In this document: positions 43,232-52,866 of the stretch, piece by piece | Layout: every line of letters begins with the position of its first letter | How positions within the stretch are numbered: position 1 is the first letter of the stretch | Position numbers and translations under genes: made by a program | IMG/VR virus record: IMGVR_UViG_3300023278_000857 | Location: 1,398 to 65,397 of that record | Length of the DNA stretch: 64,000 bases | Direction: 5' to 3' (one strand) | From: a virus | Notes under the pieces: model-generated | Databases searched by the model: none | Seen by the model: only the letters and a program-made list of their open reading frames with translations | What the model was told of the DNA's origin: nothing

Positions 43232-44609
43232 AGAGTACACAGAAGATTTACAAAAGTTATATCTAGAGTTTTTACTTGCTGACAAAGATTTGTTTGTACG
43301 CTGTAATGCGATTACAAATAGCAAATACTTTGTTCGTAAGTATCAGCCTGTTATGGACTTTATACAAGAACATGTTGAAGGTTATAATGACTTACCAACA
43401 CATGAACAAATTAAAGCTAAAGTAAGAATTGAATTTGACGATGTAAGAGCAAAGATTACTGATGACCATAAAAAATGGTTTATGGATGAATACGAAAAGT
43501 TTTGTAGACACAAAGCACTTGAAGGTGCTATCTTGGAAAGTGCTGATAAATTAGAACGGCATGAGTACGGAAGTGTTGAGCAACTGATTAAAGATGCTGT
43601 TGGTATTGGCCTAGCAAAAGACTTTGGACTTAACTACTGGGATGATCCAGCAGGACGTATACAAGCAATTAAAGACAATCGTGGACAAAATAGTACTGGT
43701 TGGGAGAGCTTGGACAAAGTATTGTATGGTGGATTTAATCCAGGCGAACTAAACATCTTTGCTGGTGGTAGTGGTAGTGGTAAAAGTTTGTTTATGCAAA
43801 ACATGGCACTCAACTGGAGTTTGGCTGGCAAGAATGTAGTGTATGTTAGTTTAGAGCTTAGTGAAGAACTATGTAGTATGCGTATTGATGCTATGGTTAC
43901 AAACCAGAGTACTAAAGATGTTATGCGTAATGCTGATGATACAGCACTTAAAGTTAGAATGGCTAGTAAAAAAGCAGGCGTACTACAAATGATACAAATG
44001 CCAAATGGTGCCACAGTTAATGATATTAAGGCATATATTAAAGAATATCAGATTCAAAACGACATTAAAATTGATGGATTGTTTGTAGACTATTTGGATC
44101 TTATGATGCCTGTTAGTGTTAAAGTTAATCCAAGCGATCAGTTTATTAAAGACAAGTATGTAAGTGAAGAACTACGTAACTTGGCTATTGAGCTTAACAT
44201 ATTGTTTGTTACAGCCTCACAGTTGAATCGTGGTGCTGTTGATGAAGTAGAGTTTGACCACAGTCACATTGCTGGTGGTATTAGTAAGATTAATACAGCA
44301 GACAACCTAATCGGTATCTTTAGCTCAAGAGCAATGCGTGAGCGTGGTAGAGTACAGATCCAGTTTATGAAAACACGTAGTAGTAGTGGTGTTGGGTCTA
44401 AACTAGACTTGGGCTATGATATGAATACACTTAGAATTACAGACTTGGATGAAGATGAACAAGGCGAAGCTGGACAAGTGGCAAGTATCTATCAGAGCTT
44501 AAAGAATAAAGCAACTGTTAGTCCTGCTGGTACTGAGTCAGCACAACCTGATAATACCGCAGTGGAAAACGCCGCAAGATTACAAAATTTACTTAAACGA
44601 AGGGAATAG
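43224..44609 (+). CDS. gp41: Replicative DnaB-like helicase (gp41-like)
   Basis: GGSGSGKS P-loop, SLEL, VDYLDLM, TASQLNR, KTRSS. Confidence 0.9.
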   Translation: MSEEYTEDLQKLYLEFLLADKDLFVRCNAITNSKYFVRKYQPVMDFIQEHVEGYNDLPTHEQIKAKVRIEFDDVRAKITDDHKKWFMDEYEKFCRHKALEGAILESADKLERHEYGSVEQLIKDAVGIGLAKDFGLNYWDDPAGRIQAIKDNRGQNSTGWESLDKVLYGGFNPGELNIFAGGSGSGKSLFMQNMALNWSLAGKNVVYVSLELSEELCSMRIDAMVTNQSTKDVMRNADDTALKVRMASKKAGVLQMIQMPNGATVNDIKAYIKEYQIQNDIKIDGLFVDYLDLMMPVSVKVNPSDQFIKDKYVSEELRNLAIELNILFVTASQLNRGAVDEVEFDHSHIAGGISKINTADNLIGIFSSRAMRERGRVQIQFMKTRSSSGVGSKLDLGYDMNTLRITDLDEDEQGEAGQVASIYQSLKNKATVSPAGTESAQPDNTAVENAARLQNLLKRRE

Positions 44610-44801
44610 TTGTTAAAACATTGATGCCGTTGACCTTATGTGTTGTCTATAATATGATGTACGAACAACGGGCGAAGATATTAGCCTGAATTGCTGCCCG
44701 CATCCCATAGTTGGTATTAATTCTTATTGCCTATGGATCCTAAGTTCACGATCAGGAAATGCAAAGTTGCCATAAGTACTATCCACCAATGTTTTAACAA
44801 C
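44609..44801. ncRNA. 193-nt element bounded by 15-bp terminal inverted repeats; structured RNA candidate
   Basis: GTTGTTAAAACATTG (44609-44623) / CAATGTTTTAACAAC (44787-44801) with several internal stems. Confidence 0.55.
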
Positions 44802-44803
44802 AA

Positions 44804-44815
44804 TATTTATAAATA
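44804..44815. promoter_or_regulatory. Palindromic overlapping divergent late promoters
   Basis: TATTTATAAATA is its own reverse complement, giving ATAAATA on both strands. Confidence 0.6.
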
Positions 44816-44823
44816 GTATTGAT

Positions 44824-45060
44824 ATGAAACGTAAAACGAGATCTATTTTAGAAGAAATTAATTCGATGTCACCAAAGCGTGATAGACGGCAACTTGTTGA
44901 AGCAAATGCCGCTCAGGTAATTGCTACGGCAATTAACCTAATTGAATTAATTAATGAAACATTTGATGACGAAACTGCTGCAGACTTGAATAAAAGATTA
45001 ATTAATTCAATTCGCACAAAGGATCCTCGGAAGTTTAAAAGAGGAGTATCAAAGCTGTGA
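44824..45060 (+). CDS. Small putative head-internal protein
   Basis: MKRKTRSILEE|; first gene of the late operon. Confidence 0.6.
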   Translation: MKRKTRSILEEINSMSPKRDRRQLVEANAAQVIATAINLIELINETFDDETAADLNKRLINSIRTKDPRKFKRGVSKL

Positions 45061-45845
45061 AGATTAAAGACATACTAGGCGGAATGAGCAAACGCAAAAT
45101 CCGTCGTGGAAGCCGTATTAAAAGATTAAGACAAGAAGATTTACATCTTAGAGAAGGTGGCAATGTATTTCCTGACAGCGTAGGATTTGATCACAAACTA
45201 ATACCTGGCATTATGAAATCAATTAATTCAGTACTGGCAAAAACTGGCAGTACTGCTATACCAATTGGTAGTGGAGCAACTCCAACACCTGGTAAAGTAA
45301 GCGGCGACTTGGATATGATTGTAGACGTTAATCAACTGAAACAACATTTTAATATGGAAGACGCTAAAGATGGTGATATCCGTAAAAAACTACGTCAAGT
45401 ATTTGACTTAGCAGGATTTAACACAGGGCAAAGTGGCACTAGTGTACACGTAGAAGTTCCAATTGGTGATAATACACACCAAGTAGATGTTATGGTAGTA
45501 CCAAATGCTGGCAATGCGGCAAAGTTTCATACACACAGTATTCCACAAGGTTCAAAGTGGAAAGGTGTAAACAAGCAAATAGCATTGGCTAATTTAGCTA
45601 GAAAACAAAACTTATTGTGGTCAAACTTCCAAGGTCTATTTAAAAGACTGGAAAATGGTAAAAAAGACCCAAATGGATTAATTACAGATAACATTGATAA
45701 AATCGCACAGATATTATTAGGCCCTAATGCCACAGGAAAAGACATGGGCAGCGTTGAGAGTATTATGGCAGCGTTGGGTAAAGAAGCAGGTGATGCACTA
45801 CTGGTAGATTTAAGAAATGATCCTAACTGGAAAGAACTAGAATGA
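45057..45845 (+). CDS. Pol-beta-superfamily nucleotidyltransferase-like protein
   Basis: IGSGATPTPGKVSGDLDMIVD (hGS...DxD) and QVDVM third Asp; basic leader ending HLRE|G. Confidence 0.65.
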   Translation: MKIKDILGGMSKRKIRRGSRIKRLRQEDLHLREGGNVFPDSVGFDHKLIPGIMKSINSVLAKTGSTAIPIGSGATPTPGKVSGDLDMIVDVNQLKQHFNMEDAKDGDIRKKLRQVFDLAGFNTGQSGTSVHVEVPIGDNTHQVDVMVVPNAGNAAKFHTHSIPQGSKWKGVNKQIALANLARKQNLLWSNFQGLFKRLENGKKDPNGLITDNIDKIAQILLGPNATGKDMGSVESIMAALGKEAGDALLVDLRNDPNWKELE

Positions 45846-46918
45846 AAGCCCGTCAATTTTTAGCAGAAGCAGCCAAGGTAGGGCGTGAATATCAACACCT
45901 CGAAGACCTTGTGTTTGCTGAAGGCAGTGCCGGCGCCCTACGAGCGGCGAGTATATTACAAAGGCTCGGACAAGATTCAAATGATGTAGCTATTAAATGG
46001 GACGGGAACCCTACTATCTATTGGGGAAGAGAAGCAGACGGAACGTTTGTACTAACTGGTAAAAATGGTTGGGGTAAAAATAAAAGTACTAGCAGTGATG
46101 ATCTAAAATCATTTGTTATGAGTACTGGTAAAGGCGAAGACTGGCGACAGGAATTTGCTAATAACATGGGCGATGTATTTGACATCATGCAGCGTAACAC
46201 ACCAAATGATCTACGTGGCTTTATATATGGTGACTTATTGTACTCACCAAGCAAACCATACGTATCAAACAACGACTCATATCAGTTTGAACCAAATAGT
46301 GTTCTATATACTGTAGATGCTAATAGTGATCTTGGCAAGAGAGTTGGCGCAAGTAGTATTGGTATTGCGGCGCACAGTATATACGGAGAGTTTGGTGACA
46401 AAACTGGCACTCCTATTAAAGATACAAAAAGAATTAATACTAATGAAGTGGTAGTTATGGGACAAACATACGTACCGCATCAAGCTAGTGTAGATACTAG
46501 TTCAGTAGAAGCCATTATAAAAGCAACTAATGCTAATGCTCAAGCAATTGATAACTGGTTAACACCTGAACAAGGGCTTAGTAACAAAGGTAATATCATT
46601 TATACATACGTAAATCAAATGGTAAAACAAGGTAAATTAAAGCAATTACAAAGTGGTTTTTTCGATTGGTTAAAAACTAGTAAAGTAAGTGCTGGGCAAC
46701 AAGCAAAGTTAATGGCAGGAGATTCCAATGGACTGTCAGCAATTTTAGGCTTAGTTGTACAAATTATGACAGTAAAAAATAATATTATTGATCAGCTAGA
46801 CAATGCTCCAGCTGATGTAACAGCAACTACAAAAGGTGAAAGTGGTGGCGAAGGTTATGTAGTAGGTAGAGATAAGATTAAACTTGTGCCAAGACATCGC
46901 TGGACACCAAACTTATAA
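45842..46918 (+). CDS. ATP-dependent ligase-fold (RNA-ligase-like) protein
   Basis: Motif I IKWDGN, motif III IYGDL, motif IV GEGYVV, motif V IKLV; N-terminus MKARQFLAE|A. Confidence 0.6.
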   Translation: MKARQFLAEAAKVGREYQHLEDLVFAEGSAGALRAASILQRLGQDSNDVAIKWDGNPTIYWGREADGTFVLTGKNGWGKNKSTSSDDLKSFVMSTGKGEDWRQEFANNMGDVFDIMQRNTPNDLRGFIYGDLLYSPSKPYVSNNDSYQFEPNSVLYTVDANSDLGKRVGASSIGIAAHSIYGEFGDKTGTPIKDTKRINTNEVVVMGQTYVPHQASVDTSSVEAIIKATNANAQAIDNWLTPEQGLSNKGNIIYTYVNQMVKQGKLKQLQSGFFDWLKTSKVSAGQQAKLMAGDSNGLSAILGLVVQIMTVKNNIIDQLDNAPADVTATTKGESGGEGYVVGRDKIKLVPRHRWTPNL

Positions 46919-46926
46919 ATACTAGC

Positions 46927-47712
46927 ATGGAAAAACAATATACAGCAAAGCAATGGTCAGAAATTGAAGGCGGACATACTATGAGCGAAAATAGTAAACC
47001 TGAATTTGGGTTTATTAACGATCTTAATGAAGCCAGTAAAATGTACAGAACTCGTCAACAACTTGAAACAGTTGATTTGAGAAATACACTAGACTTTGCG
47101 TTTATGAATTTAATAACAATGCACATAATGTCACAAAATCCAAGTACTAAACTAATAGCGCAAGATTATGCTAAAAGAACACTTGCTGGTGGTGGTAACT
47201 TTAAAAATTATCGCAGAGATGGAAATGATCTTTATCACGCACTTCATAAAATATCAACTAAAACTGGTATTGATGCCAATGAAAAAGGTTTAGCATCTAA
47301 AGTTAGTATACCAGATCAACAATTAAAAACATATTTGAGATCTATAGCTGTTGGACAAGATTCCAAACAAGCTAGTGGATTATTCATGCGTCTTGAACGT
47401 AACTTTGACATCAAAGAAGCTAACTATAAGTCTTTAAGACGAATGGCAACTAACTGGCAAGGATTACAGGCAGGACAAAAACAATTATCAGCAACTAGAA
47501 TAATTCAATATTATAGAGCTAATGCTATACGCAGTGAATTATATGAACCATTTAAACAATTTAGTAAAGCAGGTGGATTAATTAATCCAGATATTTCTAG
47601 CGCAGAGCCAAAAATTACTGCTAGAAAAATTGCCAGAAAAGCAGCCATTGGTACTGCGGCGTTTGCTGGTGGGTTTGCTGGTGGTAGAGCATTTGGTAGA
47701 AGTCTAGTTTAA
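46927..47712 (+). CDS. Putative head-internal/ejected protein with C-terminal glycine-zipper-like helix
   Basis: ATAAATA-N5-ATG; DLNE|A site; ends AAIGTAAFAGGFAGGRAFGRSLV. Confidence 0.6.
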   Translation: MEKQYTAKQWSEIEGGHTMSENSKPEFGFINDLNEASKMYRTRQQLETVDLRNTLDFAFMNLITMHIMSQNPSTKLIAQDYAKRTLAGGGNFKNYRRDGNDLYHALHKISTKTGIDANEKGLASKVSIPDQQLKTYLRSIAVGQDSKQASGLFMRLERNFDIKEANYKSLRRMATNWQGLQAGQKQLSATRIIQYYRANAIRSELYEPFKQFSKAGGLINPDISSAEPKITARKIARKAAIGTAAFAGGFAGGRAFGRSLV

Positions 47713-47720
47713 GGTGTCAT

Positions 47721-48125
47721 TTGATACAACAATACATAGCTTACACGTTAGTTGATATTACAAATAATCGTAATACTAAGAATACTTCAGCGTATAATCA
47801 AAAACAAAATCTTAATACATTTATACAACTAGCTGGCATGAGAAGCCAGCCAATATCTATCGCAGTTAAGTGTCTTAAAGCACAAGATGTAGTTGATTAC
47901 CGCTTCGGATCAGCACATAAAGGACTACATCATGTGTGGAAAATTGAATTTGCAGTAGAGCATGCCGACGTTTATATGTTAAATGATAATCCAGTACATT
48001 TCTTAGAAAACGATTTTGATGGTGTAGCATTTACGCCTTATTTGACAGAAACCGCAAACTTTATCACTAATACATTTGAGACTTATGATGAAAAACTATT
48101 AAACATATACTTTAAGAAAATGTAG
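47721..48125 (+). CDS. Hypothetical protein
   Basis: 134 aa, TTG start. Confidence 0.6.
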   Translation: MIQQYIAYTLVDITNNRNTKNTSAYNQKQNLNTFIQLAGMRSQPISIAVKCLKAQDVVDYRFGSAHKGLHHVWKIEFAVEHADVYMLNDNPVHFLENDFDGVAFTPYLTETANFITNTFETYDEKLLNIYFKKM

Positions 48126-48253
48126 TCATCAATAAATAGTATTAACAAATAAAGACGGAGTTCGCCACAAGCCTCCGATATCAAAAAGGCTACATAAAAG
48201 GACGGCTGTTAACAAGGCACAACGATGTGCTGAAGACACAGTTGAGATAAGTT

Positions 48254-48550
48254 ATGTCTATAGGAACGATTGGGGCAACCCAGTTAGAGAAACAGAATTT
48301 AGAAGCGCATGTTGACCTGTGCGCTGAGAGGTATCGTGTGTTAGAAGAGAAAGTCAACAATATTGATACCCGTCTCAATAATATTGAGAAGAGTGTTGCT
48401 CAAATGCGCGAAGAAGGCATCCGTGAATTATCTAAAATGCGTGAAGAAATGATTAAAGCAAACGCCACAACAAATAAAATAATGATGGGAACAGGCGGTA
48501 CAGTTCTTGCTGGTGTACTAACATTACTAGCAACATTATTAATGTCATAA
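48254..48550 (+). CDS. Coiled-coil protein with C-terminal TM helix (XhlA/holin-like architecture)
   Basis: Heptad region LEEKVNNIDTRLNNIEKSV then GTGGTVLAGVLTLLATLLM. Confidence 0.55.
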   Translation: MSIGTIGATQLEKQNLEAHVDLCAERYRVLEEKVNNIDTRLNNIEKSVAQMREEGIRELSKMREEMIKANATTNKIMMGTGGTVLAGVLTLLATLLMS

Positions 48551-48569
48551 AAATCTAATAAATAACTAT

Positions 48570-48857
48570 ATGAACTTAAATGAACTCACATCAGAAGAAC
48601 CTGTTGTCGAAGCACAGTTAGTCTGGGCTCGCAAAGGTAATAAAATTGTTAGAAAATTTCGCTGTAGCGTAGGACAGCGACAAGGCAGAGTGGTGAGTGA
48701 TCCATCACAATGTGCTAAACCTATTGATCTAAAGAAAAGAATGACCTTGCGCAAAACTAAAGCAAAAATGGGTGCTAGAATAGCTAAAAAAGCACAGCGT
48801 ACTAAACGTATGAATCCAGCAAGTAAAGCAATACAAAGGCTAAACAAGGTAAAGTAA
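48570..48857 (+). CDS. Small basic putative head-internal protein
   Basis: ATAAATA-N5-ATG; MNLNE...VVE|A then an Arg/Lys-rich body. Confidence 0.6.
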   Translation: MNLNELTSEEPVVEAQLVWARKGNKIVRKFRCSVGQRQGRVVSDPSQCAKPIDLKKRMTLRKTKAKMGARIAKKAQRTKRMNPASKAIQRLNKVK

Positions 48858-48858
48858 C

Positions 48859-49251
48859 ATGAAGATATTTGATATTATCACTGAAGACAAAAAAACATGG
48901 ATGAAGGACGGTGTTGAAATGTGCAGCAAAGACTGTTGTGGACAACCTGTTACTGAATGTGAATGTGGTCCAGAATGTAAACATTGTGACTGTTACAAAG
49001 TTAATGAAGCATATGGTTTAGCTCAGGGTAGATCGAGTGCGGGTAAATTTGCTAATGATCAAAAAAATATGAATAAACGTATGAACAATACAATGGCAAA
49101 TACTAACCGAGAGCTTACAATTAAACAAACACAAATGAATAAAAATGCCAACAGAGATGCAAGACGTCTTCCTACTGGCACACCAAACCGTGCGGCGTAC
49201 GACAATATGCGTCAGGATTTACTAAGAGCCAGAGGGATACAAAACCAATGA
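48859..49251 (+). CDS. Putative head-internal protein with Cys cluster
   Basis: MKIFDIITE|D; CSKDCCGQPVTECECGPECKHCDC. Confidence 0.6.
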   Translation: MKIFDIITEDKKTWMKDGVEMCSKDCCGQPVTECECGPECKHCDCYKVNEAYGLAQGRSSAGKFANDQKNMNKRMNNTMANTNRELTIKQTQMNKNANRDARRLPTGTPNRAAYDNMRQDLLRARGIQNQ

Positions 49252-49475
49252 GAGCGTTTGTAACCAAAGGTGGGTTCCCTACATTTATTAATATTCGTGA
49301 AAGTGATTTCTTAGATCAACATTTTACAGAAGATAAACTGTTGGAAAAAAAATCATTAAATGAACGTGATACATACATTGCGCAAAACTTAGTTGGACGT
49401 GGCGTATTAGATAAAGTAGTAAACAATGGCGGTGCCAGTTACAAACTTAACATTAATAATTATGGAAAAATTTAA
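49248..49475 (+). CDS. Hypothetical protein
   Basis: Coupled 75-aa ORF. Confidence 0.6.
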   Translation: MRAFVTKGGFPTFINIRESDFLDQHFTEDKLLEKKSLNERDTYIAQNLVGRGVLDKVVNNGGASYKLNINNYGKI

Positions 49476-49942
49476 TGACCAGGTCACTCAAAGATATCTT
49501 AACTTCTCAAGTTAATGAAACTAGCGCAATGCTTAATGAAGCTGCGGAATCTGATATTAATCTAAAAGTTGCCATGACACAAACTATAACCGAACAATCA
49601 ATTACAGTACAAAACTATCGTATTGATATTGTTAGCGAAGAGTTTGCTGGTAGACAAAAAAACTTTTACAATGTAGTTGATGGCAAAGAAGTAATACACA
49701 GTGACTTAGCATTGTTTGAAACAGCAATGGGTATTGTTAAAAAATATATCACTAATAAAACATCAGGAATTAAAGAACTAGAGCAGTATGACCATGATTA
49801 TAGTAATGCGCTATATGAAACTTGGGCGCACCAATCTAGAGCGAATAAAGGCGGTATCAATGAAGATATTGCCATTGCTAAAGCCAGTAGGGCAAAGCAA
49901 AAAGTACAAGAAGCAAAGCAAAGAATTTTAGCACGTCTGTAA
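49475..49942 (+). CDS. Hypothetical late protein
   Basis: Coupled 155-aa ORF with LNE|A and INE|D sites. Confidence 0.6.
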   Translation: MTRSLKDILTSQVNETSAMLNEAAESDINLKVAMTQTITEQSITVQNYRIDIVSEEFAGRQKNFYNVVDGKEVIHSDLALFETAMGIVKKYITNKTSGIKELEQYDHDYSNALYETWAHQSRANKGGINEDIAIAKASRAKQKVQEAKQRILARL

Positions 49943-49982
49943 TAGATGTGTATAAATATAATAAACAACGGGGAATTATACA

Positions 49983-50831
49983 ATGTATTTAAACGATTTA
50001 AACTCAGCTGCCCACAACGTAGAAAAAATTAACAAAGTATTGGCTAATACATTTGGTCATAATGTTAATATTGCGGAAATGAGCAGTGAATCATTAGGGC
50101 GTATGTTAAGCGCAACTAATGCAAAGATTACAGCAATTAAAGAAAGCACTAGTGCGTATTGGGAAGATAAAACTTATAATAAATTAAGTTTAATTTCACA
50201 CTCATTACGTACATATATTAATGAAGTCGCGCCAACACGTAACGATGGTAAAAAGATGAAAACCAAAGTTCGTGAATCAGCAGAACTAGAGCAAGCAGAA
50301 GTAATGCTAGCTGCTCAAGAGTTAGTTGATGGACTACAAAAAATAGTTGAAGACTTAGCAGGAATGCAAGTACAAAAACTTATGCCAATTGTTGATGCTA
50401 TGAAAGAACAAGTTGGCTTTGAACAAGCTGAAGCGTACAATGCTAGTGCTGAAGCGGCATTAGGTGGATTACTAGATCAAGCAAAAACTGCTAAAGGTGA
50501 ACTAGAGAACGCAACACTTGTAGCACGTGGCGAACAGCCAGCACAAGCAATGCCAACAGACATGGGTGTAGACTCAATGGATATGGGCGACACAGATGAA
50601 CTAGACATGGGTGACGACTTTGGTGGAGACGATGCTGCAGCTGGTGATGATAATCAACTTGGACGTGAACTAAAGGGCGAAAGTGCTTTAGCAAACATGG
50701 AAAGAGATGCGTTAGCTGAAAAAAAGTTTCTAGAGAGTAAAGACAAGCTCTTTAAAATGGTTGAAAGTGGAACAATGTCACATGCCCAGTTTATTAATAT
50801 TATCAATGAACTAGACACGGACAACAAGTAA
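49983..50831 (+). CDS. Putative prohead scaffold/core-like protein
   Basis: Late promoter TATAAATA, long coiled coils, acidic linker. Confidence 0.5.
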   Translation: MYLNDLNSAAHNVEKINKVLANTFGHNVNIAEMSSESLGRMLSATNAKITAIKESTSAYWEDKTYNKLSLISHSLRTYINEVAPTRNDGKKMKTKVRESAELEQAEVMLAAQELVDGLQKIVEDLAGMQVQKLMPIVDAMKEQVGFEQAEAYNASAEAALGGLLDQAKTAKGELENATLVARGEQPAQAMPTDMGVDSMDMGDTDELDMGDDFGGDDAAAGDDNQLGRELKGESALANMERDALAEKKFLESKDKLFKMVESGTMSHAQFINIINELDTDNK

Positions 50832-51148
50832 TGCTAATTAATGAAGTTATGACAACCGAGGGGCAAGACTATGTCTTAAATGGTATTGAAGAATTAATTG
50901 TTCGATCCAAAGCACGTGGCATGACTTCAATTAAAACACCAGCATTATTAGCTAAACTACAGTCTAGTGGATATTATTTAGAAATGAAATCACTAGTACG
51001 TATGCTGAACAGTATTAATGCTGTTGGCAGTGCTAACAAAGAAGAAGTAAAATTAGATTCAGCTCTCCCCACTGAAACTGATCCTACTGACGATACTGTT
51101 AGTAAAATGGCATCAAAACAACTGTCAAAGAAAGATAAGAAACTATGA
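50831..51148 (+). CDS. Hypothetical late protein
   Basis: MLINE|V N-terminus, coupled. Confidence 0.6.
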   Translation: MLINEVMTTEGQDYVLNGIEELIVRSKARGMTSIKTPALLAKLQSSGYYLEMKSLVRMLNSINAVGSANKEEVKLDSALPTETDPTDDTVSKMASKQLSKKDKKL

Positions 51149-51486
51149 GTTATCAGGTAAGCGCACAACAAGCAAGAACAACAGCAAGAAATGATTTAAC
51201 AATCTTTGATGAAACATCAGCATTGATGCGTCAAGTTATAGTTGATGCTGGCACTGGCGCTTACCAGACAACAATATTAGATGGCACCACAATGACAGAA
51301 AGTGATCCATCAGCAACTGCTGATGCGCAAGCATATTTTAATGTTTGGCAAGGCACTGTTACTGACGCAGGAAAATCTGATCAAATGAAGCAGGTTATTA
51401 GTTATTTCGAGAACTTGGGCTATACAATAGTACGTCAGACAAATACTAGTACAAATACTACATTTAAATGGGTAATCAACTATTGA
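51145..51486 (+). CDS. Hypothetical virion protein
   Basis: Coupled 113-aa ORF. Confidence 0.6.
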   Translation: MSYQVSAQQARTTARNDLTIFDETSALMRQVIVDAGTGAYQTTILDGTTMTESDPSATADAQAYFNVWQGTVTDAGKSDQMKQVISYFENLGYTIVRQTNTSTNTTFKWVINY

Positions 51487-51511
51487 CAATGTAGTTCATT
51501 AGTGCTATAGT
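51483..51511 (+). promoter_or_regulatory. sigma70-like promoter for the exonuclease gene
   Basis: TTGACA-17bp-TATAGT. Confidence 0.6.
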
Positions 51512-51517
51512 CACTAT

Positions 51518-52183
51518 ATGTTAAAAATTACCACACCCTACCCGTATCAACAATTTAAACGTAAGAGCGTACACGGCAAACGTCTGTACGAAAATCCGTA
51601 TGGCGATCCTGTGCCTAGTGTTACTACTATCCTAAGTAAAACAAAGGATATGACACACCTTAATGCTTGGAAAAAGCGTGTAGGTGAAAAGAAAGCACAA
51701 CAAATTGTAACTGAAGCTGCTGGCGTAGGTTCAATAATGCACGAAATGTTGGAAGCATGGAGCCTTAACCAAGAGTACACAGGCAAAACTATGCTACAAG
51801 CCAAGATGATGGCAGAGACCGTTATAAAAAACGTAGAAGCTGACATTGACGAAGTTTGGGGTAGTGAAGTAAACTTGTGTTATCCAGGATTGTATGCTGG
51901 TACAACTGACTTGGTTGGTATGTACAAAGGCAAACCAACTATCATGGACTTTAAACAAACCAACAAGCCCAAGAAGCGTGAATGGATTGACGATTACTTT
52001 ATGCAAGCCGCCGCTTATGCCATGGCACACAATGAAATATTTGAAACAAAGATTGAGCATGCCGCTATCTTTATGTGTAGTCGAGACTTAGACTGGCAAT
52101 TATTTGAAGTAGGACCAGAAGAGTTTAAAGTTTGGGAAGAAAAGTGGGCCGGCAAAGTAGCAGAGTTTTATAACCTGTCATAA
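51518..52183 (+). CDS. PD-(D/E)XK exonuclease
   Basis: VPSVTTILS, G...H, YAGTTDLV, IMDFKQT, QAAAYAMA. Confidence 0.85.
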   Translation: MLKITTPYPYQQFKRKSVHGKRLYENPYGDPVPSVTTILSKTKDMTHLNAWKKRVGEKKAQQIVTEAAGVGSIMHEMLEAWSLNQEYTGKTMLQAKMMAETVIKNVEADIDEVWGSEVNLCYPGLYAGTTDLVGMYKGKPTIMDFKQTNKPKKREWIDDYFMQAAAYAMAHNEIFETKIEHAAIFMCSRDLDWQLFEVGPEEFKVWEEKWAGKVAEFYNLS

Positions 52184-52206
52184 ATACATTATAGAGGAAA
52201 AGACCA

Positions 52207-52866
52207 ATGGCAGACACACGTATTAGTAAAATTAAAGTAAGACAAGGCGACTTCGCAGATTTGCCTATGCTTGATCCAGGTGAAATTGGATACGCAACAG
52301 ATAATCAAAGGTTGTTTATCGGGAATACTACTATTAGTGTAGGTACAGGTAATGGCGTAAATACTGCGTTTGTTGTACCAAGTACATTACTACAAAATGG
52401 AGTAGTTGCTATCTTTGATGCTGGCACACAAGTTAATGTTGCTGATTATAGTATTGTAGGCAGTACATTAACATTTTCTACAGCACCAACGGGTGCTATT
52501 ACAGCAAACTACAATGGTGAAATTAGCATGGAGCGTTACGCAACAATTCCAAGCATTATTGAACTTGCTGCTAATGGTAGTAGTGCTATAACTGGCTTTA
52601 GTATTGATACCACACTATACAATATCGCTATCATTGATTATACATTAGAAAGTACTAATGGTGTACGTGTTGGCCAAATCAGAATGGCAACAGACATTAG
52701 TGCTTCAACAAGCGCAATTGATGATAATTATACCGAAACCTCGGCAGTAGACGTAACCTTTAGTGCTGATATTAGCGTAGCAAATACACTACGTTTAATG
52801 TACACTGATGGCGCTAATACTATAACGAAATTTAAATATACATATCAACTTTGGAACAGCAATTAA
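52207..52866 (+). CDS. Virion structural protein with Mtd N-terminal-like domain
   Basis: ISKIKVRQG...LDPGEIGYATDNQRLFIG; late promoter upstream. Confidence 0.6.
   Translation: MADTRISKIKVRQGDFADLPMLDPGEIGYATDNQRLFIGNTTISVGTGNGVNTAFVVPSTLLQNGVVAIFDAGTQVNVADYSIVGSTLTFSTAPTGAITANYNGEISMERYATIPSIIELAANGSSAITGFSIDTTLYNIAIIDYTLESTNGVRVGQIRMATDISASTSAIDDNYTETSAVDVTFSADISVANTLRLMYTDGANTITKFKYTYQLWNSN

Noticed and set aside
44609-44801. Retron msr-msd or 6S RNA
   Set aside because: No reverse transcriptase nearby; the fold looks multibranched rather than a 6S-type rod with a central bubble. Kept only as an unclassified ncRNA candidate
48150-48200. c-di-GMP-I riboswitch (AAGCCTCCG resemblance)
   Set aside because: Missing the GGCAAA junction and the GNRA tetraloop/receptor stem
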